From Trypethelium eluteriae (taxonomy: Eukaryota), in assembly GCA_051942245.1 (NCBI GenBank), contig JAVECL010000212.1:1-35593 (forward strand): a DNA stretch of 35,593 nt, read 5' to 3'. Each line of letters begins with the position of its first letter. The first letter of the stretch is position 1. Position numbers and translations under genes: made by a program. The notes below the pieces were generated by a model. That model was not told the origin of the DNA and ran no database searches. It saw only the letters and a program-made list of their open reading frames with translations. Positions 1 through 11,598 of the stretch are shown one piece after another.

Positions 1-1280
1 CTTTGCAGGTGGTAGAGCATAAATATCACCTTTTAGATATATATAACATAAATAAGTTAGGTTTTGGTGTTAAAAAAGAGCAGATAATAATAATTCTTAT
101 TTACCTTAATAGTATTAAAAAAGAGAAGGTTGTGCTTAATAAGCAGGATTAGGTAATTAATATTAAGTATATTAGTGCTGCTAATAAATTGCTTACGCCT
201 CTCTTAGTATTTAAAGGCAACCACATAAATACCCAATGGATTTTAGAGCAGACACCTTATAACTGGTTTTTTGCTACCAGCCAGAATAGCTGAATATTAA
301 ATAATATTAAATTATAATAATTAATTAAAGTTTTTAATCCTTAAACACGCGAGAAGGCTGCAGGTTGCCGGTATTTATTAATTATTAATAGGTATAGCAG
401 CCATATTAAAGCGGACTTTATTGCGCATTGTATAAAGAATAATATTAATTTTATAATTATACCTCTTTATTATTCTTATCTTTTATAGCCGCTTAATATG
501 GGAGTATTTTTATTATTTAAGCTATAGTATAATTACAAGTCACATGCGCTTAGCCGGCTAAGCTTATAATAAATCCCTCGCGCAGAATGGGTTAAATTAT
601 TTATAATAGCTTGGGCAAAAGTAGTTATAAGCAAGAATATTCTTGCAGGCTGGTAAGGAGCTGGCTTAATACCTACAAATTGCTATTAAGTGCTTAAAGG
701 GCTTCCTTATGAGGCTACTTTAACTGCTGCAAAATTATGTACACCACCTAATCTAATTAATTTAGACTTTTTATTACTTTATAGCTCTCTTTTAAAGATA
801 ATTACACTATCTTAATTAAATGCAAAATTTGCATAAGTATTATGTAATTATATTAAAGTTGTGTTGCTAATACAGTAGTATGCGGATTGTATAATAAGTT
901 TCTGCAAAACTTTATCCACTACTGTCGCTCTTTAAAATTAGCAATTAGCTAATTAAGCTAAGCTTCTTAAGAAGTGAAAAAAAATAAAGAAAGGCAAAAG
1001 AGTTTAATTAAAGGGTGTTTTAATTTATTTTACTAAGGATATCTTATAAATAGCCCATAAGATAAAAGCAAACACTAAGCATAAAAGGAAAAAATCTTAA
1101 TGCTAATAGGCTGCATTAAATAAAAACTTAGATTAGATAAAAGATCCATTATTTGAGATATTATCTAGCGATTTTAATGAAGCGCCGGCTTCGCGCAGGC
1201 GTTGCGCACGCATTGCGCAGGTGGTTGTATGATTTTCACCGATCAAATCTAGGGTCCGATTAAATCTAGGGTCCAGACTC
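1..1280 (+). mobile_element. RIP-degraded pogo/Fot1-like (Tc1/mariner, DDE_1) DNA transposon, 3' part; the 5' part lies outside the window
   Basis: Reversing RIP on the + strand gives DDE_1 motifs: ~150-220 (IECISAAG..L.PL.VFKG-like), ~375-407 (LLI.DGHSSH-like) and ~475-520 (HLLQPLDVGVFS.FK-like). The element ends in a GC-richer terminus followed by TA at 1281-1282. Many RIP stop codons. Confidence 0.85.
1239..1280. repeat. Putative right terminal inverted repeat of the pogo/Fot1-like element, with an internal 17-bp tandem duplication
   Basis: ccgatcaaatctagggt (1239-1255) and ccgattaaatctagggt (1256-1272), then ccagactc|ta. Internal direct repeats and a TA target are typical of fungal pogo TIRs. 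The partner TIR is not in the window. Confidence 0.65.
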
Positions 1281-1282
1281 TA

Positions 1283-2977
1283 CTTTTAATAAGTTTTCTG
1301 TTTTTATTTTTAATATTTTTAGCTATTCTATTATATATTAACTTTATTAATTTCCCATAATCTTCTTCTAATGCTAATATTACTTTAATAGGTATTATTT
1401 AGACTAGCAGTGGTATATATCCTATTAAGGCTTGGATAAGTGCGAACTTAATTATATTAAATTCTCTTACATTAATACATAATTGCGCCATAAATAATAA
1501 TAATACCCAATTATTTTGCAGATTATTAATATAATATCTTAAGAATTATTCCAGTAATTAATTTATTTATTTAGTTTATTTATTAATTTCCTTATAATAT
1601 GCTGTTAATAACTTAGTCTTAATTCTTAAGTTTGTTATTAATATCTGGAAGAATTTTGCTGTAAACCTTTTATCTTTATTTTATATTATTAAAATAAGCA
1701 ATCTAAAGTATAATATTACTTTTTTAAAAAGTATCCATGCTGTTTTTTTTATTCCATATTTCTTATTAAATAAAATTAGTATTATAAACTTTATTAGTCT
1801 GCATACTATTACATAAATTGCTGTATAAACTTATCCGGTGATTAGATGCTTTAATACTGGTAAGTCTATAATAAAGTTTACTATAATTTATTCCCAAGGC
1901 CTTAATAATACTTAAATTAGTTAAATAGTGCCTTTTCTTTTTTAGGTGCTATGCTTATTCCTTTTATAATAATTATATTTTGCTACATAATTTTAGACTT
2001 TTTATTTTATGTTATTAAAAATGCAGTTCTAAGACACATTCCTAAGTATTTATGCAACTTTAGGATGTCCATATTATAGTTTATTATAATATTTTTAAGT
2101 AATAATAAGGAATTGTTTATTTTTATCTTCTAAGATGTTAAAAATTAATCCAAACTTTTGGGAAATGCTTTTAAGAGTGCTGTTATTTTTTTTTTTTTTT
2201 AAATACTGCTTAATACACCTTTTTGTCTCCTTAATAGTTTTTTTATTAACTTAGTGCGTCCGCTCTTCCATTTTCCTTTCTTAATACGTAATATATTATA
2301 AACTTATATTATCCTAAAAGTTCAGCCCATTTAACTTGCTGTTAATTTAACTGCTTAATTGTTATAAAAGTTAGTAGGTTTTTGTGGTCTGTATAAATAT
2401 CTAATTTTAGTGTTCCTTTAATATACACTCTTTAGTATTCCATTGCTGCAATTATTATTAATAATTCTTTATTATAAATGTTATAATTTAACTTAGCAGG
2501 AGTTATTTTTTTTAAGTAATATCCTATTAATTTCTACTTCTTATTTACCCATTGCAATAAATAAGCGCCTATTGCAAAATTTAAGGCGTTTATCTCTAGC
2601 TTTAATAATAATTTTGGGTTATAAATTATTAATTCTAAGTCTTTTATATCTCTTCTTTAATTGTTTTAAAGGCTTTTTTTTGTGGCTATTCCTATTGAAA
2701 TAATTGCTCACCCTTAGGAAGGTCTATAAGCAGTTTTGCTTTTTTAGAGTATTTTAGGATAAATTATTAATTAAAGTTTATAAATTCTAAAAAACTTTAA
2801 ACCCCCTTAATATTTATTAATTTTAGCTATATTAAGACTGATTATACCTTTTCTAGTTTTATTTAAATCCAATCTTTTCTTACCACATACCCTAAGAACA
2901 TAACTTATTCTTAGTAGAAAATATACTTCTTTAATAATAGTTTAAGATTCCTTTTTTTTAAGCATTTTAGTACCATC
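1283..2977 (-). mobile_element. Older Ty3/Gypsy copy, left fragment (integrase, RNase H, RT end)
   Basis: Collinear with about 4497-6220 of the complete element (e.g. 1801-1920 vs 5001-5125), with a deletion of roughly 45 bp near 2095. Cut on the left by the DNA transposon and on the right by the LTR at 2978. The left boundary is approximate. Confidence 0.9.
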
Positions 2978-3472
2978 TGTTATGAGCCTATACCCCCTGG
3001 TACAAGCACGGCTTGTAGCAGGTACGTAGAAGGGTCTCAGGGGTTTTTCACGTAGGAGCGGAGTGTCAAGGGTCCAATAATGTAAGAAGGGTTACTAAGC
3101 TTTGAACAACTTAACAATAAATAAGGTCTTGTTCAATTTGGCTTGTAACTAATTGTAAGTATAGTAAAGTATGATAATAAAACGCGAGGGAGTTAGTTAA
3201 GCTGGTTCCCTCCTCTATATATATACTTGTGATCTTCTTGATCACAACTGTTATCCTTCTGATCTAATCTCTACTAATCTTGGGTTAATTATTACTGATC
3301 AGTGTAATAACCTGTGATCTATGGGTGATCACCCTAGATTGCTCTATCCTAATCTATGGCTTATCACCACTAATTAGTTACGTGACCTTTACTTATTACA
3401 ACCTTTCTGCGGAACGCTCACAGTAAGTATAAAGGAGATGGCGTTCAGCCTTAACACGGCTGGGTTGTAACA
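2978..3472 (-). repeat. 3' LTR of the full-length element
   Basis: Starts tgttatgagcc and ends gggttgtaaca. Differs from 9213-9707 only by transitions in my by-eye alignment. TATA-like run at about 3216-3225. Confidence 0.97.
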
Positions 3473-3489
3473 TTACCTCTCCCCTTTTT
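3473..3489 (-). other. Polypurine tract
   Basis: Minus strand reads aaaaaggggagaggtaa immediately before the 3' LTR. Confidence 0.9.
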
Positions 3490-4069
3490 AACTGTCGGCC
3501 TGATAGTTGTTCCGGTGTGGTACATATAGCAGCTGATAATGTGTTTAATTATTATGGCTTCCGCCCGCATTCCTGCTTCTTCCATACTTTATTATTACCG
3601 TCTTATTGCTAAACTTTGTAAGGCCCCTATTATAATGCGTCCTTACCGTAACTGCGTGTGTTAAAAACTGGACTGTTGCATTAATCCTAACTCCTAAAGA
3701 TGTCTGGAGTGTGTAAAAAGGAACTGTCCTTATAATTTGGCCTTTTTTAAGGTTAACTTTAATAAAATTAACTGTGAGATAAATTAGGTTTAGGATAAAA
3801 TAATAAAATCTATAATTAAGACTAATTATTTGCGGAAATAACTAAAGTTCCTTTATAAGCGTTAACAGTCCTTAGCTTTTAATAAGACTTAAAATATTTT
3901 AGACCTTAAGTCCAAAGAAGGAAAACCTAAGGAGGTTACTTTGCTTAAAGAGTAAGACCCTTTTTATACTATTCCTAAAATCGCGTGGGATGTGTTAATA
4001 AAGGAATTAACCTCCTTTTTTACTAACTTTTAACTTAATTAGATTCTTTTTAATAATGCGTTTTCCTCC

Positions 4070-7000
4070 TTAAATTTTAATATTATTGTATCTTTTCTTT
4101 ATATTTAGCTAGTGTAATTTTTATTTCCTAAGTATTTTCTAAATTCAGGTATCCTTTCTATTTTACTAAGTATTTCCTATTTTCTTCTTATAGGATTTTT
4201 TTTACTTTAAACTTGTATTCCTCTTCTAATTTATAATTAAATATTTTTATGCATAATATGCTTTTATTTACTAATTCTAATAAAGATAAATAAAACACTA
4301 AGTGGACTTAAGCATCCTGCGGAAGGTTTAACTTATAATTAACTTTGTTTTTCTTTTCTTTAATAATAAATAAACTGACCTTTACTGTATTAAGCTTTTT
4401 ATAAGGTCTTTTTATTTTTAAATTTTTTGTAAGTAAATATACTTTATCCCCTTTCTTTAATTAAGGTTTGTTTACTTTTTTGTTATTTTAAATCAAACTT
4501 TTATTTCTTTTATTAATATTTTTGGTTATTTTATTATGTATTAGTCTTATTATTTTTCCACGCTTTTCTCCCAATGCTAATGTTATTCTAATAGGTATTG
4601 GTTGAATTAGTGGTGGTATATATTTTATTAACCCTTAAATAAGCGCGAACTTTATTATACTGAATTCTTTAGTATTAATGCACAATTATGCCATGGGTAA
4701 TAATAATACCCAGTTATCTTGTAGATTATTAATATAATATCTTAAGAACTGTTTTAGTAATTAGTTTATCCGTTTAGTCTGTCTGTCAGTCTCCTTATAA
4801 TACGCTGTTAATAACTTGGTTTTAGTTCCTAAGTTTGCTATTAATATTTAAAAGAATTTGGCTGTAAACCTTCTATCCCGGTCTGATATTGTTAAGATAG
4901 GTAATCCAAAGTATAATATCACTTTTTTAAAGAATATCCATGCTGTTTTCTCTATTCCATACTTTTTGTTGAATGGAATTAGTATTATATACTTTATTAG
5001 TCTGCATACTACCACATAAATTGCTGTGTAGGCTTCTCCGGTTACCAGGTGCTTTAACATAGGCAAGTCTGTAATAAAGTCTATTATAATTTACTTCCAA
5101 GGCCTTATTAATGCTTAAATTAGTTGGATGGTGCCTTTTCTTTTTTGGGTACTGTGCTTATTTCTTTTGCAGTAATTATATTTTGCCACATAGTTCTGGA
5201 CTTTCTGCTTTATATTATTAAAAATGCAGTTTTGAGATATATTCCTAAGTGTCTATGCAACTTTAGGATGTCCATATCGCGGTTTATTATAATATCTTTA
5301 AATGTAATGGTCAACTTTATTATTTAGAATCTGTAGTTTTTAAGTAATAATAGGGAACTATTTATCCTTGTCTTCCAAAATGTTAAGAATTAATCCAAAC
5401 TCTTGGGAAATGCTTTTAAGAGTGCTGTTATTCTTTTCCTTAAACACTGCTTGGTATACTTTTTTGTTTCCTTAATAGTCTTCTTATTAACTTAAAGCAT
5501 CTGCTCTTCCATTTTCTTTTCTTAGTGCGTAATGTATGGTAAACTTGTATTATCTAAGGAGTTCTGCCCATCTAACTTATCTTCAATTTAACTGTTTTGT
5601 TATTATAAATATTAACAGATTCTTGTAGTTAGTATAAACATCCAGTCTAGGTATTCCTTTTATATACGCTCTCCAGTGTTTTATTGCTGCTATTATTGCT
5701 AGCAATTCCTTATTATGGATGTTATAATTTAATTTAGCAGGAGTTATTTTTCTTAAGTAATATCCTATCAGTCTCCACTTTCTATTTACCCATTGTAATA
5801 AGCAAGCGCTTATTGTAAAATCTAAAGCATCCATCTTAAGCTTTAGTGGTAATTTTGGGTTGCAGATTATTAGTTCTAAGTCTTTTATAATCTCCTCTTT
5901 AATAACTTTAAAGGCTCTTTTTTGTGGCTATTCTTATTTAAATAATTGCTTACCCTTTGTAAGGTCTATAAGTAGTTTTGCTTTCTTGGAATATTTAGGG
6001 ATGAATTATCAGTTAAAGTTTGTAAATCCTAAGAAGCTTTAAACCCCCTTAACATTTATTAGCTTTAGCTATATTAAGACTGATTATACCTTTTCTGGTT
6101 TTATTTAAATCTAATCTTTTCTTACCACATATCCTAAGAACGTTACTTATTCTTAATAAAAAACACACTTCTTTAATAATAGCTTAAGATTCCTTTTCCT
6201 TAAATATTTTAGTACTATCTTTACATGTTTTATATGTTCTTCCTTTGTTTTAGAATAAATTAGTATATTATTAAGATATACAATTATGAAGATGTCTAGA
6301 TATAATTATAATGCGTTGTTGATTTATTCCTGACAGGTCGTAGGTGCGTTTATTAGTCCAAACAGCATTACTAAGGATTCAAATAGTCCGTATTTTGTTC
6401 TAAATGCAGTTTTCCATTCCTCACCTTCCTTCATGCGGATGGAATTATAGGCATCTTTCTGATCTAATAATATAAGCTACTTTACTCCAGTTAGGCGGTC
6501 TCTTAGTTCTGCTGCATTAGGTAACGGATACCTATTCTTAACTATAATAGCATTAAGTTTCTGATAATTAACACATAATTGCAGTTTGCTATTCTTTTTA
6601 GGAATAAAGAGTATGGGGTATCCTGCCAAAGACTCTAATTTTTGGATAAATCCCTTCTTAAGGTTTTCTCTTAGCCATTTTTAAAGCGTCTTTAGTTCTC
6701 TTTATAACTAGGGATATAAAGGTCCAAAGGTGGGTTGCTTCCCTGGCTCTAATTTTATTTTATAGTCCTATAATTAGTGCGGAGGCAGTGCTTAGTCTGC
6801 CCTCCCTTTCTTAAAGAGTGGCAAATACTTTTTATATTTAAGAGGTATTGTCATAAGTTTAGCATTCTTACACTCTGCGTTATTCCTTAATAGACCTTCT
6901 ACCTTTATTAAAGTGTTAGATACGCCGGATTTAGTTTGTCCTTCCTGGTTATTCTTATTTATTAATATTAAAGCCACACCATAGCTTGTCCTTATCTCAT

Positions 7001-9150
7001 CCCTAAAGTAATTCTCTGCTCCTTTAGGGTCCTGTATAATGCCGTGTTTGCACCTAAAGAACATAATTTCCCCTATTTCCTAATTAATATTTGGGTTATA
7101 ACTTTACAACCATAGTAATCTAAGTATAATATTATACCTAATTAGATTTATAATATTAAGTTGGATTTCCTTAGTGTGCCCTTGCGTAATTATAAAAATA
7201 AGTTCTATTTTGGTATCCACCTATTCTTGTCCTACAAGTTGTGGTTTAGTAGCTCTGTATAAATTATATAACTTTTCCTTTTCCCTGGTGTTAAGTTTAA
7301 TCTTTCCAGTGGTTATTGCTGTTATTATGTTTATTAATATACTACTATTAATTATTACTTTAACTTATTGGTTTTTAATCTTAACCTTAATTTTAAACAA
7401 TCCTATTATTGCTTTGCTAGGGGATGTTATATTATAACTTGCTTATAACCCCTTTACAAGAAGTTGTTAACTTTTTCCTCTTTATTATTTATCTTCCTAG
7501 CAGTGTTATGGCAGGCTTATTATTCTAGTTTTATATCCTTATAATCTAGGCAATGTTTATAGCAATTTAGGTTATTGTATTAATATTTTGCATAATAGTC
7601 TGCTTGCTTTTGGCAGTGTTTAATACACACAGTGCTAACACATTTTAGCCACTTTATTATTTTACACACAGACAGTTTGTAGGGTGGTTTTGGGCATAAT
7701 CCTTATTCAGATCTGCTCCTTCCCCAAGCTATATTATTACTTAATCTGTGGTATGGGCAGGTTTCCTTTTCTTTACAGAACTTTTTACTTAGTTAATTAT
7801 GCTTGCTTTCCTGTTCTTAGTAGAATGCACAATCCTTAAGTCCGCATTTGGTAAAGTGCTGAAATTAGTGTTGTAACCTTTTCTTATTCTATTCCTTATC
7901 CTATTAATGCCTTTTGCATGCATTGTCTTAATATTCCTCCCATCCAGTTATCTAATTATGGTTGGAATGTTGTAAAAGTCCATAAACCTTCTTCCAGTAC
8001 CTAAAATTCCGCTGCTCTAAATTCCATATAATTGCTAGGAGTTTAGGGCGCATTACAACATAAGCATAATAGATCTTGCAGTTTTGTATTACACACCTTC
8101 CTAGGATTTTGTGGTCTAGGTAATCCTCTAATTTTAACATTAGGTGTACATAACTTTTATGCTTTTCTTATATTGCTACTTCTCCTTAGATACTATAAGT
8201 AATCTTAGGTAGGCTTTCTTGGCTGTTTGCAGGGTTAGTAACTTCTTCTTATAAAGCACTTTCTTCCTCTGCATCAGATTTATTGTTAATTGTCTGATAC
8301 TGGAAAACATCTAAGTTCCTAGTATTATTATTACTTATTAGTTTATTAATAATAATTTTATCTTCTCCTAAATGGACTTGGGTTGCTATATTAAATTCTT
8401 CTTTATAATCCACCTTATTTTTGGATTGGCAGTTTCTTACTATATGCCCTGGTTTTTTATAAGCATAACATTTTCTCTTGGTTTAGGCACCCTTTTCCTT
8501 CTTACTTTGCGCGAGGTTGGAGTACTGAACTCCTTCCATTAATTTATTATTATTATAATATTAAGTAATTCCTCCCATTCTTCCTACTGGAATGTATAAG
8601 GCTGATCGCCTTTCCATACACCTTGCGTAAAGTTTATTATCCAGTTTAATTAAGGTATTAATAAGTTCTTATAATATATTAATAAAGCTGCTGTAGCACA
8701 TTAGCTTATCTTTAACATCATCCTTAAGTCCTCTCTGGTATATGGGTTGTAGTGCTTTATTATTCTATTCTAGTTTGTTAGAATATTTTTGGAACTTAGC
8801 TGCGTAATCCGTTATTAAAGTTTTTTGTACTAAGTTTTAAACTGCTTACTCTGCTATCTTAACTTTATTAGAGATTCTAAAAATTTGTCTAAGCTCTCTT
8901 TTAAATTAAGAGAATCTTACAAAAAGACTGTTAGGGTCTTCTAAATTATTAAGATATAAAATTAGTTTGGGTTTTATCCAGTGTTAGGCCTATCCTCTTA
9001 AGTATAATAAGGCTACTAAGGTCTGTTAACTGTTTAGAATTCTTTTAAATAAGAAGTGGAGTTAGATTTAGCATAGTTATTCTTCCAACTTGCTTCTTTC
9101 CCTAAAGTATTTATTGGGTTGTCCCACCTTGCCTTCCTTTAATAAGGCTT
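4070..9150 (-). pseudogene. gag-pol pseudogene of the chromovirus (bounds approximate)
   Basis: RIP-reversed motifs: gag start KVGQPDKYFGERSKLEEW (~9135-9080), zinc knuckle CYACKKPGHIVRNC (~8470-8425), protease IDSG (~7345), RT VYLDDILIYS (~6283-6255), RNase H (ORF 5583-5834, NYNIHNKELLAII), integrase (ORF 4848-5066, ISDRDRRFTAKFF), chromodomain EVEKIL...YLVKWKGYP.SENTWE (~4225-4120). Many TAA/TAG stops. Confidence 0.92.
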
Positions 9151-9201
9151 TGGTGCGGGACTCCAGCCGCAGAGTGGATCCTAATTAACTTATCCTTGAG
9201 G

Positions 9202-9212
9202 GCGTTTTATTA
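9202..9212 (-). other. Self-priming (Tf1-type) primer-binding site
   Basis: Abuts the 5' LTR. Plus-strand gcgttttatta is the exact reverse complement of taataaaacgc at 3175-3185 in the LTR, which lies about 30 nt downstream (minus strand) of the TATA run. Confidence 0.85.
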
Positions 9213-9707
9213 TGTTATAAGCTTATACCCCTTAGTATAAGCACGGCTTGTAGCAGGTATATAAAAGGGTCTTAGGGGTTTTTTATGTAGGAGCGGAGTG
9301 TTAAGGGTCCAATAATGTAAAAAGGGTTATTAAGCTTTGAACAACTTAATAATAAATAAGGTCTTGTTTAATTTGGCTTGTAACTAACTGTAGGTATAAT
9401 AAAGTATGATAATAAAACATGAGGGAGTCAGTTAAGCTGGTTCCCTCCTCCATATATATACTTGTAATCTTCTTGATCACAACTGTTATCCTTCTGATCC
9501 GATCTTTACTGATCTTGGGTTAATCACTACTGATCAGTGTGATAACCTGTGATCTGTGGGTGATCACCCTAGATCGCTCTATCCTGATCTGTGGCTTATC
9601 ACCACTAATCAGTCACGTGACCTTTACTCGTTACGACCTTTCTGCGGAACGCTCGCAGCAAGTACAAAGGAGATGGCGTTCAGCCTTGACGCGGCTGGGT
9701 CGTAACA
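9213..9707 (-). repeat. 5' LTR of the full-length element
   Basis: Starts tgttataagc, ends gggtcgtaaca, 495 bp, followed by TSD ccatc. Confidence 0.97.
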
Positions 9708-11103
9708 CCATCCTTATATACTTTATATGTTCTTCCTTTATTTTGGAATAAATTAATATATTATTAAAATATATAATCACAAAGATGTCTAGATATAATT
9801 GTAATGTGTTATTAATCTATTCTTAATAAGTTGTAGGTATATTTATTAATCCAAATAGCATTATTAAGGATTTAAATAATCCGTATCTTATTCTAAAAGC
9901 AGTTTTTTATTCCTCACCTTTTTTTATACGGATAGAATTATAAGTATCTTTTTAATTTAATAATATAAGCCACTTTACTCTAATTAGGCAGTTTTTTAAT
10001 TCTGCTGTGTTAAGTAATGGATACTTATTCTTAATTATTATGGTGTTAAGTTTTTAGTAATTAACACATAATTACAGTTTTTTATTCTTCTTAAGAATAA
10101 AAAGTATTGGTTATCCTACCAAAAACTCTAATTTTTAAATAAACCTTTTCTTTAGGTTCTCTCTTAGCTATTTTTAAAGCATTTTTAATTCCCTTTATAA
10201 TTAAAAATATAACAGTCCAAATATGGGTTACTTCCCTAGCTTAAGCTTAATTTTGTGATCCCATAATTAGTGCGGAGGCAGTGCTTTTTCTGCCCTCCCT
10301 TTCTTAAAAAGCAGCAAATACTCTTTATATTTAAAAGGTATTATCATAAGTTCAGTGTTTTTACGCTCTGCGCTATCCCTTAATTAACCTTCTACCCTTA
10401 TTAAAGTATTAAATACGCTGGACCCAGTTAATTTATTCTGATTATCTTTATTTATTAATATTAGAGCCACATTATAACTTATTTTTATTTTATCCTTAGA
10501 GCAATCTACTGCTCCTCTGGGGTCCTATGTAATGCTATGTCTGCACCTAAAGAATATAATTTCCCCTATTTCTTAATTAATATCCGGGTTATAACTTCGC
10601 AATTATGGTATTTTAAGTATAATATTATAATTAATTAAATTAATAATATTAAATTGGATTTCCTTAATATGCCCTTGCGTTATTAAAGAAATAAGTTCTG
10701 TTTTAGTATTTATCTATCCTTGTCCCGCAAATTATGGTCCAGTAGCTTTATATAAACTGTATAGCTCTTGCTTTACCCTAATATTAAGTTTTATTCCTTT
10801 AGTAGTTATTACTGTAATTATGTTTATTAATGCATTACTATTAATTATTGCTTTAACCTCTTAATTTTTAATTTTAACCTTAATCCTAAATAATCCTTTT
10901 ATTACTTTCTTAGGGGATGTTATATTGCAACTTGCTTATAACCCCTTTATAAAAAGTTGTTAACTTTTCCCTTTTCTTTTACTATCTTTTTAGCAGTATT
11001 GTGGCATTCTTATTATACTAATTTTATGTTGTTATAATCTAGGCAATGTTTATAGCAATTTAGGTTATTGCATTAATATTTTATATAATAATCTGCTTAT
11101 TCT
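9708..11103 (-). mobile_element. Older Ty3/Gypsy copy, right fragment (RT, protease, gag-pol linker)
   Basis: Joining 2977 to 9713 restores collinearity with 6200-6260 of the full element. The fragment stays collinear to about 7610 and stops at the LTR at 11104. Confidence 0.92.
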
Positions 11104-11598
11104 TGTTATGAGCCTATACCCCCTGGTACAAGCGCGGCTTGTAGCAGGTACGTAGAAGGGTCTTAGGGGTTTTCACGTAGGAGCGGAGTGTTAAGGATCT
11201 AATGATGTAAAAAGGGTCACTAAGCTTTGAACAACTTGTACTGAATAAGGTCTTGTTTAATTTGGCTTATAACTAACTGTAGGTACAGTTTGGTATGGTA
11301 AATAAAACGCGAGGAAGCCAGTTAAGCTGATTCCCTCCTACATATATATACTTGTGGTTTCTTCCGATCACAGCTGTTTCTCCTCTGATCAGATCTCTAC
11401 TGATCTCTGGTTGATCGCTGTTGATCAGTGTGATAACTTGTGATCCGTGGGTGATCGCTCCAGATCGCTCTATCCTGATCTGTGGCTTATCGCTACTAAT
11501 CAGTCACGTGATCTCTGCTTGTTACGACCTGTCTGTGGAACGCTTGCAGCAAGTACAAAGGAGATGGCGTTCAGCCTTGACGCGGCTGGGTCGTAACA
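11104..11598 (-). repeat. Third LTR (related subfamily), solo-like, without a matching TSD
   Basis: tgttatgagcc...gggtcgtaaca, 495 bp. Has transversions and indels relative to the other two LTRs (e.g. ~11235-11305). Flanks attct and aatag do not match, and no PBS or PPT is adjacent. Confidence 0.93.

Larger units (their letters stand above)
2978..9707 (-). mobile_element. Full-length RIP-inactivated Ty3/Gypsy chromovirus LTR retrotransposon (6730 bp)
   Basis: Two 495-bp TG...CA LTRs, 5-bp TSD CCATC at 2973-2977 and 9708-9712, PPT next to the left LTR, PBS next to the right LTR. Minus-strand domain order is gag-CCHC-protease-RT-RNaseH-integrase-chromodomain. Confidence 0.97.

Noticed and set aside
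4848..8140. Short ORFs in the AT-rich block as independent genes
   Set aside because: The minus-strand ORFs are stop-bounded pieces of the RIPed gag-pol. The plus-strand ORFs are antisense noise.
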